Below, one piece after another: positions 49,101 through 59,496 of a stretch of DNA of 64,000 nucleotides (position 1 is its first letter; every line of letters starts with the position of its first letter). The stretch comes from a virus. The translations under genes were made by a program, and so were the position numbers. The DNA lies in the IMG/VR virus record IMGVR_UViG_3300029362_000001, positions 1 to 64,000 of that record, one strand, 5' to 3'. The notes under the pieces were generated by a model. That model was not told where the DNA came from and did not search any database. It was given only the letters and a program-made list of their open reading frames with translations.

Positions 49101-52100
49101 ACCTTTATCAATAATCCTGTTTTGTTCGATATAAGGAAGGAGATCCGTGATGTTTCCAACCTGGCCAAGATCTTCTATGGTAAATACCGAATCGGCAAGC
49201 TTATCTTCGTCAACCTTCTCCCCTTTATCCCGTCTGTTCATTATATCAACATACGAAGAAATAGCATCATCAAGTTCCTTCCTTTGATCTGGTTCCAAAT
49301 TGGATTTAGCCATATCAATAATAGCTTTATTATCCTCATACACAGATCGAGGCTCAGTAAGTCTCCTAACTTTATCTGATAAATCTTTTATCATCTTAGC
49401 CGGACTGTCTCCAAGAAATGATATGTAATCATCAATATCCTGCTTGTATTTATCATATATCTCCTTCTCTCTTGGAGATAAAAGATCTTGATTACCTGTA
49501 TATATCTTGTCTACTATACGTTCTCTAACCTCTATAGGTGCAGACAAAAGATCTTCCATAGCCAACTCATAATCAAAATCAGACAATATATCCTCTTTCG
49601 GTTTCTGAGTTATACCATCATTTAAATGACCAAATACTTTCATTGTAAATGCCTCATCTGAATCTATTTCACCATTGTTCAGGAGTTCATTTATTTTTTC
49701 ATCTAAACTGATATTGTCTCCTTCCTGGTTCTGATAAAAACGATCACTTTCTATAGGCTTGGTATCAGATGACACCATATCATTTAAGAACTTAGAGAAT
49801 AAAGAAAAATCGTGTCTCATAAATTTCTTATCCTGCATGGAGTTCATGAATGACCGTAGAACCTTATATTGGGTAATAGCTTGCTGGTATTTTACCACCA
49901 TCTTTCTTAAATCCTCTGCTTCTTTCTTCCCCTTATTGTTCTCGATATAAGTGCTTAAAGAAGCAACAGAATCATAAGCTTTTAATATATCTTCAGCAGT
50001 TATCGTTTCGGATTTAAACAACTCAAGAGCTGATACTCCAGGATCAAAAGAATAAAATACTTCTTTATAACTACTAAGAAGATCTTCTGACAACCTTCTA
50101 TATTCCTTATTAAGATTATCGTATTTAATAGTTTTTTGTTTTATAGCCTCTGCTTCGGTATCATTACCGTCCTCTACTCTTCTCGGAGTTGTAGCCAACC
50201 TCTCTATTTCAGCATTCAGATCATTGATCTCATTACGCAATTCCCTTAACTGATTAGCTGTATCAAAAGCTTGACTTGATAATGAATAAAACGTATTTAT
50301 ATCATCAAACAAATTATTGTCATTTACATAATCAGCAATATCATTTGATGCTTCCATTGCTATATCCTCTGCATCCAACCCCTTAAACACAGCATTAGCA
50401 ACATTAGATCGATAAAGATCGGATGAAGTCTCAGCAGTAATAGCCTCAGCAAAAGAAGAAGCTTTTTTATAATTGGCTAACTTCTTATCAAAATCTTTTA
50501 TAATATCTTCCTTGTATTTTTTAACAGTTTCTTCATCTACTTTCATTTCAGAAGCCAACTCACTTTCGTCAAGGCTTTTAACCATTGACCTGAAATTGTT
50601 AGCCGTATCCTCTAACATTCCCATTCTGTCAGATAATTCAAATTTAGAATAATAATCTGATTCAGGATCATTCATTTGAGCATTAAATTCGGCTAAATTT
50701 CGCATAGAGTCTTTTACAGATTGAGAAGTAAAAGCATTATTACTATTAAATTTCTCAACATCAGTATTAATAGTACGCTCTTTATTTCTCCTTTCATATA
50801 AACCAAAAGCACCATTTCTGGCTCCAAATAAACCACCAATCAGGGCTCCTATGCCAATCTCTTTCAATCCTTCTTTGGTTGTAAATTGTTCAGCTATGGC
50901 CTTAGAAAAAGAATCAACTATAGAAGACGTAGCATCAAGATACGTCTTATCATATCTTGATCTAATAAAATCTTCCCCCATGCGCTGAGCAACACCTTGC
51001 ATGCCTTCCTCCCATACACCTTCAGATATGGGTCTTTTAGATACATTCCAAACAGTAGCTAAGGATTTCTGGAATAAATTTGCTTTTATCGTCTGTAATC
51101 TTCCAGCATCACCCGCTACCTTCTTAGTCCCTAATCCAAACAAATAGCGATCTACAAAACTCTTTGATCCCCTATATGTGTTTGATACACCCTTTAATCC
51201 AGGTATGTATTTAGAAGCAAAACCAGTGTCTACTCCAAGATATTTTCCCAGAAGAAAATAATTGGATAATCCAACTATACCCATATTAGCTAAAAATATG
51301 CTATTTGCCGTATCGGAAATAGAACTCTTAAATTCAGCCATCTCAGACTGATTAGGATTCCGACCATACATATTTTTAAAATATTCCTTGTATTTACTTT
51401 CAGAGTCTTTCATGAAGGACTGAGCCTCCACGGCAGACTCCCAGCCGGCGCCCACGAACGTATTTACTCCTACCTTGGCCATATTACCTATAGCCCTGCC
51501 GTACATCGCTCCTGCTCTATACGCTCCAAAAGCTGATTTTACAGCACTTGCCGCAATCTTAGACGCCGCCATCTTTCCGGCCACTCTCATCCCTACTTTA
51601 GCGCCAACAGCTCCAAGACTTGACACGCCCATCCCACCTGTAAGGTAGGCAGACAGAATAGCTCCTGTCGTAAACGATAGACCATTTCCAATAACATCAT
51701 TAAAAATAAAATTTGCAGTTCCAAGACTCTGCAAAAATCCCATATCACGCTCTTCTCTTGTATAATAATGAGGAAGAGAGTGGTTTATTCTTTCATCTAT
51801 ATCATTTATGGTCCGTGTAAAATCATTGTCAAATGCAGAAGATAACGTACCAGTCTTTATAAGATTATACGCAGCCGGGATAATACCTACTACTCCTGAT
51901 ACACCATATAATGCTGTTTTTGTGACAAGTTTCCCTATACCATTAACAGCCTTATTCCAAGTAGTTTGCCTTCTTCCGTAATAATCTTCATTATCCCTTC
52001 CTGGCATATAACTTTTAAACTTTGCAAGACCGATGTTCCCATCGGATAAAAAGTCATATGCTTCATCTAACTTAATAGTTCTTCCTTTACCAAATACACC

Positions 52101-52538
52101 AAAATCAACAGCAGATGACTGTTGATTACCAGCTATAACCTCACCATAAGACGTTTGTTTACCAGAATAAGTATTCCTTGATTTATCTTGAATAGATTTT
52201 ATCATGGAATTTAACTTATTATAAGACTCCTCTTTCTTCTTTCTTGGATCATCTCCACCATTCAGAGCCGATTTTAGTCCAGAAAAAGATGTGTCTACAT
52301 CAAAAGAAGTATCTATTCCGCTAATATCATATCCTTTTTCTGAATCATCATCAGGATTTATGGCTGATACCGGGGGAGTATATGAACCTACTTTCATCCT
52401 CTCCATCTCTCTTTTTGCTCCCTCAATAAGAGAAGATTCTTCTTCATATCGCGTAGGAACTCCGGCATTATACCCTCTCAATCCAGTAGATGGTAAGAAA
52501 CCTGATTTCTCTACCAATGTCTGTTCCTTATTTTCCAT
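46128..52538 (-). CDS. Giant hypothetical protein (2136 aa) with an N-terminal glycine-zipper-rich hydrophobic region and a long central coiled coil; tape-measure-like, ejected or internal-virion-type protein
   Basis: Composition and architecture only (GxxxG/A-rich segments between about aa 280 and 420, and extended charged coiled coils). Confidence 0.55.
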   Translation of the reverse strand: MENKEQTLVEKSGFLPSTGLRGYNAGVPTRYEEESSLIEGAKREMERMKVGSYTPPVSAINPDDDSEKGYDISGIDTSFDVDTSFSGLKSALNGGDDPRKKKEESYNKLNSMIKSIQDKSRNTYSGKQTSYGEVIAGNQQSSAVDFGVFGKGRTIKLDEAYDFLSDGNIGLAKFKSYMPGRDNEDYYGRRQTTWNKAVNGIGKLVTKTALYGVSGVVGIIPAAYNLIKTGTLSSAFDNDFTRTINDIDERINHSLPHYYTREERDMGFLQSLGTANFIFNDVIGNGLSFTTGAILSAYLTGGMGVSSLGAVGAKVGMRVAGKMAASKIAASAVKSAFGAYRAGAMYGRAIGNMAKVGVNTFVGAGWESAVEAQSFMKDSESKYKEYFKNMYGRNPNQSEMAEFKSSISDTANSIFLANMGIVGLSNYFLLGKYLGVDTGFASKYIPGLKGVSNTYRGSKSFVDRYLFGLGTKKVAGDAGRLQTIKANLFQKSLATVWNVSKRPISEGVWEEGMQGVAQRMGEDFIRSRYDKTYLDATSSIVDSFSKAIAEQFTTKEGLKEIGIGALIGGLFGARNGAFGLYERRNKERTINTDVEKFNSNNAFTSQSVKDSMRNLAEFNAQMNDPESDYYSKFELSDRMGMLEDTANNFRSMVKSLDESELASEMKVDEETVKKYKEDIIKDFDKKLANYKKASSFAEAITAETSSDLYRSNVANAVFKGLDAEDIAMEASNDIADYVNDNNLFDDINTFYSLSSQAFDTANQLRELRNEINDLNAEIERLATTPRRVEDGNDTEAEAIKQKTIKYDNLNKEYRRLSEDLLSSYKEVFYSFDPGVSALELFKSETITAEDILKAYDSVASLSTYIENNKGKKEAEDLRKMVVKYQQAITQYKVLRSFMNSMQDKKFMRHDFSLFSKFLNDMVSSDTKPIESDRFYQNQEGDNISLDEKINELLNNGEIDSDEAFTMKVFGHLNDGITQKPKEDILSDFDYELAMEDLLSAPIEVRERIVDKIYTGNQDLLSPREKEIYDKYKQDIDDYISFLGDSPAKMIKDLSDKVRRLTEPRSVYEDNKAIIDMAKSNLEPDQRKELDDAISSYVDIMNRRDKGEKVDEDKLADSVFTIEDLGQVGNITDLLPYIEQNRIIDKGRISESTLSNFGEDDTNIDSLVNELDESDNTPGANIDSAQNPETLMVRRISNDGNERYEIAGLRADKFISSIKSLVPIQISSETNANGTKRYSLNIGGETATIIELPYHARWSIDKESARVLNRYTDVSIQDVGNSYSLVYKRLDSDELVPYRTGVGFGENEVDKIDQEALSSLKKGDKVNLEIDVNDTYNQSLFAEYNDAVQSGDKKRIESAENKLVSNMVIKVMSGNRFVSVVKADTGGIDGISKIRRTAFNKWKKDAGRSATIGVGTHVVAQTLPGRPVFNMKVNGQGYGQVENLPITEKGAEKVSDVGYVLNGKVVLKNGSKYTGFPFAYSILNDKGNNYKNVRVPVVVIKGKNGLNYLFPVSLRSVESEEGRKWMSFIDMLLESGDSELLQMGQDDIQDLNAYLTKLGLDPASYQVSYLNPISGLRKAREAIEKLSTVPDVVKWVEDESRNVKDIVTSEVESGIDFEGEMFVAPKIRIQFGKSSSSPKSLIEDDLPFSDEGKTVTSKEYVDVYEEEMPEEEQQPAAGKTAPVQQPTATSGSSVSSTGTTRTTRKSFAARLEDIESYIKENNLPPFANIYDFIARKIVGGDIRFLRQRGNPKDLKSEMGLDPKGTVGDRISYSKGLTMDEYVDYLKRSKEQVVVDYLNSRNGNNEQIISELKNFLKYINFVPSKALNYSLRVNGMDTLKEYGTKEEVEKMESDINSLVSKVLPMVDNKTVEDVSTAIKSNNLPAIWEPVESLDMTNEEKIEFLNNVADFLSGIPEYDAVVESIESESDNILNDEKEGSAEGGAVRAEEDGDKKGDGEGKGQSRTNVEVKGNVELPGSTKGEIEKDEPRISEESLIHISRVTTPYFLYGGDEAYTSVPAKVEPIPEKIMGRNGIKFGMSVVELTKLGYKKAGGNWIYKFYMNSGVYDLYNISTGEAFRAKPNLGVKISSSAFIRSLSQSGRKIQNMMSNMSQEEIDRNKNLVEGSDNSDSINELNKEC

Positions 52539-52541
52539 ATA

Positions 52542-55500
52542 TTATTCCCTATTTACACTATTCAACAACTTCATCAACTTGCCGTTTTTATTCAAAGACG
52601 TAGGCAAATTACCTCCTTCTTTTGCTGCCACCATATCCTTAATCTCTTCTGTTATGGCTGCCACAACAAAATCAACTATTTTTTTCTGAGGCGCAACAGC
52701 AAGTTCTTTAGACACATTATCCGCAAACCATACATTAGGAGTATCAAACGAATCTATTAACTCAGGTTTACCATTCTCCATAAGATAAAGCCTTGTCTCA
52801 TATCCATAACCGTAACTTGTCTTAGGATCATAACCTTCAACCTTTACACCAAGCTTTCCACTGTTATCCAATATATCTTTAGCTGCATTAAGAAGCCAAA
52901 CCTTTTGTTCTGGCATATCATCTAAATTATTACCAGATTTATTTATCATATCCGATAACACTTTCATCATTGAAGATACAGAAGCATAAGCGGGTGATAT
53001 ATCTGAATTTTCAAGCATCTTCGGATACCACATATTGGTATCACTTCCAAATGTAGGTCTTATAATACCACTTTCATATCCACCTATATCGACGGAAGGA
53101 GTATTAATACCAGGATCTATGCCATTATTTATCAACTCTGTTTCAGATACCTCAACAATATCTATTTCCTCTCTTTCACCAGTATGATTAGCAACCAAAC
53201 TGTAAGTCTTCTCTCCATTGTCGGCTATTCCCGATTCTGTCAAAGAAAATGATTCAATAGTTGCCGATGATGATTTCGATTTACCAACAGGATACTCTGC
53301 CATTTTCTCAGTAAATAGATCCCTGAGACCCCCCATCTCTCTATAACCAGCCTCCTTGGAGGTTAATTTGGTTGAATACGTTACTGTGTTAGGTGAATAC
53401 AGTTCGAGATATTCTTTACGTATCTCATTTATACCATCATCTTGAACCTTAGTTATTTGATCAGCTATATTAATATCACTTACTGCATAGTTTCCAACGC
53501 CCTCCATTCCACTAATAGAATACAGTGCATTAAAAAACACCTTTTCTTCACCATCCGAGAAACTATTTTTTACATCATCGTATTTTTTTAAGAAATACCT
53601 GCCACTTTCGCTATCCCTCTCAAATACTTTAGATAAATCAATGCCATCATTTTTCACCCTCTTTCTTATAGTAGCTATATCAGCAGGCGAGAATCCTTTT
53701 TCATAATATCTTACTCCAGATTCTACATCGCCGACTGTACCTCTATTTTTTCTTAAAATATCATTAAGGGATAACGCTGTAGCATAGGCTATATATTCTT
53801 CGGGTTTACCTCCTTCCTTCTGCGCGATCGCATTTGCTATTTCAGATACAATATTATCATAAATCTTATTCTCCTTCTTAATTCTATCATTCTCTATATC
53901 CATCTTGTCTACAGCGCTATTAAGCTGCATATAAGCATCTGTGGCAGCTTTTCTCTCTGCCATAGGTAGCTTATCAAACATATCATTAGAAAGACCTCCA
54001 TTGTCCTTTATATACTTAAGAAGTTTTTCTTCATCCATAAGATACTTGTATCCTGATGTTTCATCCGTCATATTTCTTGATATGGCAGCTTGAATATTTT
54101 TCATGTTTTCAGCACCAAGGGCCGTAGATAGTCTACTTCCGGATGTTACAAGATCTGTATATGCCTTATTAAACTTCTTATGAGTTTCTTCTGATATGCT
54201 AATATTTTTAGTTTCGATAGGATTAGCTGAAATAGTTCCACCAGAGTTTGTGCCAACGCCCACCTGCATGGCTCGGCTTCCAGCTCTGCCGCCTGCCGCT
54301 CCTGCACCAGAGGACATAAGTTTTGCTATTCTGGCTTCATTAAGCCTATTCTGCATCTTCAGACGTTCTTCGTCTAATCCAAATCTGGCTTCATCCTTAT
54401 TCTTACCATATTCAAACTCTGCAATATCCCTATTTCTTTCATATTCAAATTCTATCTTCCATTTTTCGAAATTCAAATTAGCTAATCTTTCCCTCTGATT
54501 ATATTCTTTGGTTTTCCAGTAAAGCTCGTCGGCTTTGATTATGAAAGACGAATTATCATAAGCATATGAAGCAGCAGCATTATTAATAAAATTATTTTCA
54601 ATAACCTTCATCGCTCCAAGATACGGATCGTAAGTCCTTTCATCCATTCTGCTAAATTCAGATTTCATGGAAGCTATTTCAGATTTGGCTCTCTTTATTT
54701 CATTTTCAACCATTTCTTTCTTTGCAGGATCAGAACCCAAACCGGAAAGATCGGCAGTAAGAGCATCAACATACCTCTGCTTATCACTTATCTGCTTATT
54801 CATAAAACCAAGAACAGAATCATACGAATATAAAGAGGGATTAGAGTCTACCATGTAAATAGCCTCCACCTGCATCTGCTGCCTTGCTTTATCTGATAAC
54901 CCTGACAATGCGAAAGAAGCTATCTGTTCAGGAGTAAGCATATCCTTAGTTACTTCTTGTACTGCCCCGGTAGGATGACCATCCTTGTCAAGAATAGGAA
55001 TCTGAACTTTAGCTCCTTTATGAAGCTTGCTTATAAAATCTATCCTATCTTTTAATTCCTTATTATAATCAGTATAAGGAGTATATTGAAGAGGAGCAAG
55101 ACGGGAACCAGCCTTTCCATCATTCACCCATTCATTATACGGCTTTAAAGCCGCATAAGCATTCGCAGCAGAATAAAGTTCTGGATTATTTATTTGTAAA
55201 TCAGATAGCATTTTATGCATTCTCCTGCCTTCTTTTGTGCCGGCAATCGCGTTAATGACCGTATCATCCAACACTGAACTGATCTCTCCTTGTATAGCTC
55301 TCGTAACACCATCAGAAGAAAGATCCACGCCTTTGAATTTTTGATTGATGTTAGCAATCACACCTGACATCTTATCTTCCATATAAGCGCGGGCTTCAGG
55401 CTTATCTATCTCTTGACCCATAAGATAATCTACCTGGGTATAGATCTTTTCACGAGCAGCATCAACCTTCTGCTGTTTGTACATCATGACGTCCTTAACA

Positions 55501-55565
55501 AGATCTATGTTGTAAGGACTAACATACGGGGCATATTGCCTTAAAATACTATATTGTGAAGCCAT
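52542..55565 (-). CDS. Large hypothetical protein (1007 aa)
   Basis: ATG start; the stop is 4 nt before the upstream gene's start region; function unresolved. Confidence 0.6.
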   Translation of the reverse strand: MASQYSILRQYAPYVSPYNIDLVKDVMMYKQQKVDAAREKIYTQVDYLMGQEIDKPEARAYMEDKMSGVIANINQKFKGVDLSSDGVTRAIQGEISSVLDDTVINAIAGTKEGRRMHKMLSDLQINNPELYSAANAYAALKPYNEWVNDGKAGSRLAPLQYTPYTDYNKELKDRIDFISKLHKGAKVQIPILDKDGHPTGAVQEVTKDMLTPEQIASFALSGLSDKARQQMQVEAIYMVDSNPSLYSYDSVLGFMNKQISDKQRYVDALTADLSGLGSDPAKKEMVENEIKRAKSEIASMKSEFSRMDERTYDPYLGAMKVIENNFINNAAASYAYDNSSFIIKADELYWKTKEYNQRERLANLNFEKWKIEFEYERNRDIAEFEYGKNKDEARFGLDEERLKMQNRLNEARIAKLMSSGAGAAGGRAGSRAMQVGVGTNSGGTISANPIETKNISISEETHKKFNKAYTDLVTSGSRLSTALGAENMKNIQAAISRNMTDETSGYKYLMDEEKLLKYIKDNGGLSNDMFDKLPMAERKAATDAYMQLNSAVDKMDIENDRIKKENKIYDNIVSEIANAIAQKEGGKPEEYIAYATALSLNDILRKNRGTVGDVESGVRYYEKGFSPADIATIRKRVKNDGIDLSKVFERDSESGRYFLKKYDDVKNSFSDGEEKVFFNALYSISGMEGVGNYAVSDINIADQITKVQDDGINEIRKEYLELYSPNTVTYSTKLTSKEAGYREMGGLRDLFTEKMAEYPVGKSKSSSATIESFSLTESGIADNGEKTYSLVANHTGEREEIDIVEVSETELINNGIDPGINTPSVDIGGYESGIIRPTFGSDTNMWYPKMLENSDISPAYASVSSMMKVLSDMINKSGNNLDDMPEQKVWLLNAAKDILDNSGKLGVKVEGYDPKTSYGYGYETRLYLMENGKPELIDSFDTPNVWFADNVSKELAVAPQKKIVDFVVAAITEEIKDMVAAKEGGNLPTSLNKNGKLMKLLNSVNRE

Positions 55566-58408
55566 CAGCTATTTCTCCTTCTCTTTTTATATTTATCTTC
55601 TTCATCATCCTCCAAGCTCTTCAAATAAGGTGTAGAATAATCACCCATATTCATCACATCCTGATTGCCTTGAACGTAAATAATTTGACCACTTGGAAGC
55701 ATTCTCATATTCGGAGCTATGGATGCTATGGTATTTAATGAAGTTCGAACATTAAACTTATTCTGTATCTCGCTGTTTATACTGTCATAATAACGAGCAA
55801 GATTTTCATCCCTTATAGCCATAGCTTTCAACAACCCAGATTCATAACGTTGCCTTTCTGCTATGTTCTTATCATCTGTCTGAACATAAGCCATTTCATT
55901 GAATCTATCAGCTTCGTTTATTTGCCTTGCGTTATTGAAATTTACTTCATTAACGTACTTGGCTATATTGCTTCCAGCTATGGCGTTCATATTAGCCAGA
56001 ATAGCAGCCCGCTGGGAGTCGGGCACGTCACCTACTGCGTCTAACTGAGCCGATGTCGCGCGGTTGAGCTCGTTGATATACTGATCAGCAGATTGCAGAA
56101 CCGGATCTATTCTCGGAGCCTGATGCCTTTCCAATCCCTCTATCTCCAAGCCTGTATCGAGCGTTCTCAGCATCTCCGGGAAGATAGGACCGAACGCCGC
56201 CGGTCTGTCCTGTCCTTTAGGTCCGTTGTCTTCAACCACCTCCTCTGTATCGGTGTCGGTTGCAGTCGTAGGCGTACTTGCTTTCGGTTTTACCTCTATC
56301 CTTCCAGGAGATCCAATCTTAGGCGGTGTAAGGCCTGGTGCTATGGGACCGGCCTCAATAGGCTTCATTTCTGGTTTAACAGACTCAAGAACGAAGTCTA
56401 TTTCCGGCATTAACCCACTATCTCTTAAAGCAACAAACTTATTATAATCGGAGCCCAGAATCTTCTTAGCGGCATCAGATTTATCACCAAATAAGTCAAC
56501 ATAATTCTTTATCCCTTTTTCGTTTAACAATCTTTTTTGCTCTGCCGAAACAACGTCCAACCCATAATAAGAACGAGTAGCTGTTGTCTGACCAAACTTA
56601 TCATCTACGGCAAATGAATTATAAGCCTGATTCCCTCCGTAGCTTCCGGCGTCCTGGCCCCAGAATCCGTACTCATCTCTGAATTTCTTGGCTGCATCAG
56701 CATTCGTGATAGCGCCTACATCAGCTAACGCCCACAATGCATTTAATTGCCTGTTATATCCTTTCTGAAAACCTTCTGTATCAAAATCACCATCCGTATT
56801 GTACTTGTTAGCCCATCGGTTTACATCAAGCAAATTAGATACCGCCTTATCATTTACCCTTCCGTATCCTAAATTGCTTCTATGTTGTAGATTCTGATTG
56901 GCATTGACACTGGAATCGGGATTAAGAATCTGCTCACGACCACTAACATCAGATACAGTCATATTAAGAGTTCGTCCAAATAACTGATTGATAAGCTTAT
57001 TGTAGCCGATAGCATTCTTTCTAAGTTCCTCCAGCTCCTTCTGAGTAGGTCCACCTTCAGCCATTTTTCTGGTTTGCTTAACATACTCGTCATATATCCA
57101 GTTCTTAGCATCTGATTCTGCAATATTAAAAGCCTTAGCTTGTTTCTTTACCTGATTCAGATCAACAACCCCGCCATCCCTGAAAAAAGCATCCATCTTC
57201 TCGTTACGCTTAGATTCTTCCTGTTTGCCATAAACGATTTCAGCGAAAGAACGAAATTGTGCTTCAAGCTCGTCTATCTCTTTCTGGTTTTCATTGACGT
57301 ACTTGGAAAGAATAGAAGCATTAAGATTAGATGTGTTTTTGTCTTTTACATCTTCATTTTTCTCTAATCTCTTATATACACGCTCCTGATCTTCGTACTT
57401 ATCAGACAAACCAATCTTCTTCTTATATCGATCAAGGAGTGTAGCATACGTATCTTTTGACGTTGCCTTAATACCATAATTTTCTCTAACGTAAGAGGCA
57501 AACTCATCATCTATCTTACGATAATCGGAAACAATATAAGCCTCTGGCAAATCAACCGGAGTGCCACCATTTTCATGTCTGTTCCCTTTGGCTTCCATAG
57601 GCCCTACGGAGTCAGGAGTCAGCACGTACTCGCCTTTCTCTATCTCTACATTCGCAGCATCTTCCATAGACTTGGGAAGAGGATAAATATATTCGCCGGT
57701 CATATCAGACGTATCCATCTTCCGACCGTTACCTAAATTCACGCCACCACCTTCACGTTCCCACTTGATGAATTGCTGACGACGCTCCTTGGCAAGTTTT
57801 TCCCTCGCTGCCTGCTCGTCTCTGCTGGCTGCATACGCAGCAGATGAAGCTCCCATGATATTACGGGTAAGACCTAATCCTAAACTAACACCAGACAAGG
57901 CAGCTTGAGCCACATTAGCACCGACCTTATTACCGGCTCTTATCCGGCCAAGACTTGTACCGAACATTTGAGCTCTGCCGGTTAGATCGGGTGAATAATA
58001 TGGGGTAGTCATAGGATCAAGAGGATTACCATCTTGGGAACGTTTTTCTTTAGAGGAATCAGCATCAACACCACCTACATTCATTGCATTATCAACGACT
58101 GATTTCTCTACGTTTTTAACCATACCCCTATTATCAGCGAGATATCCTGCATATCCTGCATCATTATTTTCAAAAAACGGATCGGATGTAGGCATACTAC
58201 TAAATGGATTTATCTCCCCCTCCTCTGTTTCTAAAGTCACATCAGAAGGCATATATATATTCTGAATATCAGATTCACCCCATTTATTAACAGGCGTTCC
58301 ATAATCAAGAATAGGCTGAGTAGAGGATACATTAATATCCTGTTTCTTATCCTGAACACTACCGCCAGGAGCGAATATCGGACGATTTTTTATGATTCGT
58401 AATTTCAT
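55565..58408 (-). CDS. Large hypothetical protein (about 947 aa)
   Basis: The in-frame ATG (M6) is preferred over the GTG at 58423. ATGA overlap with the downstream 1007-aa gene; contains a 300-bp GC-rich island. Confidence 0.55.
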   Translation of the reverse strand: MKLRIIKNRPIFAPGGSVQDKKQDINVSSTQPILDYGTPVNKWGESDIQNIYMPSDVTLETEEGEINPFSSMPTSDPFFENNDAGYAGYLADNRGMVKNVEKSVVDNAMNVGGVDADSSKEKRSQDGNPLDPMTTPYYSPDLTGRAQMFGTSLGRIRAGNKVGANVAQAALSGVSLGLGLTRNIMGASSAAYAASRDEQAAREKLAKERRQQFIKWEREGGGVNLGNGRKMDTSDMTGEYIYPLPKSMEDAANVEIEKGEYVLTPDSVGPMEAKGNRHENGGTPVDLPEAYIVSDYRKIDDEFASYVRENYGIKATSKDTYATLLDRYKKKIGLSDKYEDQERVYKRLEKNEDVKDKNTSNLNASILSKYVNENQKEIDELEAQFRSFAEIVYGKQEESKRNEKMDAFFRDGGVVDLNQVKKQAKAFNIAESDAKNWIYDEYVKQTRKMAEGGPTQKELEELRKNAIGYNKLINQLFGRTLNMTVSDVSGREQILNPDSSVNANQNLQHRSNLGYGRVNDKAVSNLLDVNRWANKYNTDGDFDTEGFQKGYNRQLNALWALADVGAITNADAAKKFRDEYGFWGQDAGSYGGNQAYNSFAVDDKFGQTTATRSYYGLDVVSAEQKRLLNEKGIKNYVDLFGDKSDAAKKILGSDYNKFVALRDSGLMPEIDFVLESVKPEMKPIEAGPIAPGLTPPKIGSPGRIEVKPKASTPTTATDTDTEEVVEDNGPKGQDRPAAFGPIFPEMLRTLDTGLEIEGLERHQAPRIDPVLQSADQYINELNRATSAQLDAVGDVPDSQRAAILANMNAIAGSNIAKYVNEVNFNNARQINEADRFNEMAYVQTDDKNIAERQRYESGLLKAMAIRDENLARYYDSINSEIQNKFNVRTSLNTIASIAPNMRMLPSGQIIYVQGNQDVMNMGDYSTPYLKSLEDDEEDKYKKRRRNS

Positions 58409-58476
58409 ACTATCTTTTTTCACAAAGATAAGAGAAACGAACGAGAAAATCCAACGTTATGGGATACGTTTAAAAA

Positions 58477-59496
58477 TCAATCATGTACGGCAGACAAACC
58501 GCCCGAATCAGGGTCGTACTTAAGACCGCATGCCCGGCGATAGTTCTTAAGCGCTCTCTTGTACAAAAACAGCACTGTCTTGGAAACTATTTTCTTCATA
58601 GATTTGGTTAAAACCTCTTCTGTTGAAACAGACATCAGACAGCTATTCAAAAACGACCTGACATTGGAACCGAACAAGATCTTCACCATTTTTCTAAACG
58701 TTCTAAAAAGATATGATGCCGAAAGAGCCTTTAATCCATTGCGAGCCAGTCTCTTATTCAAATACGAAACAGCCTTTTCAGATAGACAGAGCCTATTCTT
58801 TCCTTCGCTATCTACCTCTGATGAAAACCACGAATATAAAGTGGTAGGATGTTTCTTAAGGTGATTGATGAAGGAAGTCATTATCCCTTCTTTTAAAGCC
58901 CTTTTGTGGGCTACGCATGCAGCAATCTTCTCTTCTCTTTTTAAAGAGCTGTCAAGGCATCTAAACACCGTCCTATCGTCTCCGATGAAATACTGAGGAC
59001 GTTCTTCCTTAAACTTAGCCCGATATGCGGCATATCCTTCCTTACGGAGCATATCTATCTGAGACCGGATATAGAACCTTACACACTTTTCTTCAGCTTC
59101 TTGCACGCTTTTAAGATAAGGAACTGACTTTCTACCATATCGGAGATAATCATAAACCATAGCCTCAATAAAGTCATTGTACGGAAAGAATCTTCCAAAT
59201 CCAAAGTTCCAAACTATGAAACATCGCACTCTATCTTTCCAGTAATCAGATATGAGAAAGTTGCTACAATATCTCAACTTCCTGTCTTTCTGATAGAAAT
59301 GATGAGTATGTTTGTCATAAAATAGATCAAAATATCTCAAATTGCCTAAACACTGACCGGCTGGACGGCGTACTACATTGTACCCTAAGTTGCTGAAGCT
59401 ATTGTATATAACTTCTATCGGAGAGACCTGCTCTTTCTTAAAGAGCTTATCGTGTAACTTGTGAGGATCTATTATTTCTTTTAACTTTGTGTCCAT
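58477..59496 (-). CDS. Basic, aromatic-rich hypothetical protein (339 aa)
   Basis: ATG start. An HxHH-type motif was noted but the motif order does not fit an HUH Rep protein. Confidence 0.5.
   Translation of the reverse strand: MDTKLKEIIDPHKLHDKLFKKEQVSPIEVIYNSFSNLGYNVVRRPAGQCLGNLRYFDLFYDKHTHHFYQKDRKLRYCSNFLISDYWKDRVRCFIVWNFGFGRFFPYNDFIEAMVYDYLRYGRKSVPYLKSVQEAEEKCVRFYIRSQIDMLRKEGYAAYRAKFKEERPQYFIGDDRTVFRCLDSSLKREEKIAACVAHKRALKEGIMTSFINHLKKHPTTLYSWFSSEVDSEGKNRLCLSEKAVSYLNKRLARNGLKALSASYLFRTFRKMVKILFGSNVRSFLNSCLMSVSTEEVLTKSMKKIVSKTVLFLYKRALKNYRRACGLKYDPDSGGLSAVHD

Noticed and set aside
58477-59496. Rolling-circle Rep (HUH) protein
   Set aside because: An HTHHF (HUH-like) motif and a YAAYRAKFK segment exist, but the motif order and spacing do not match RCR initiators, and the gene sits inside a structural block.
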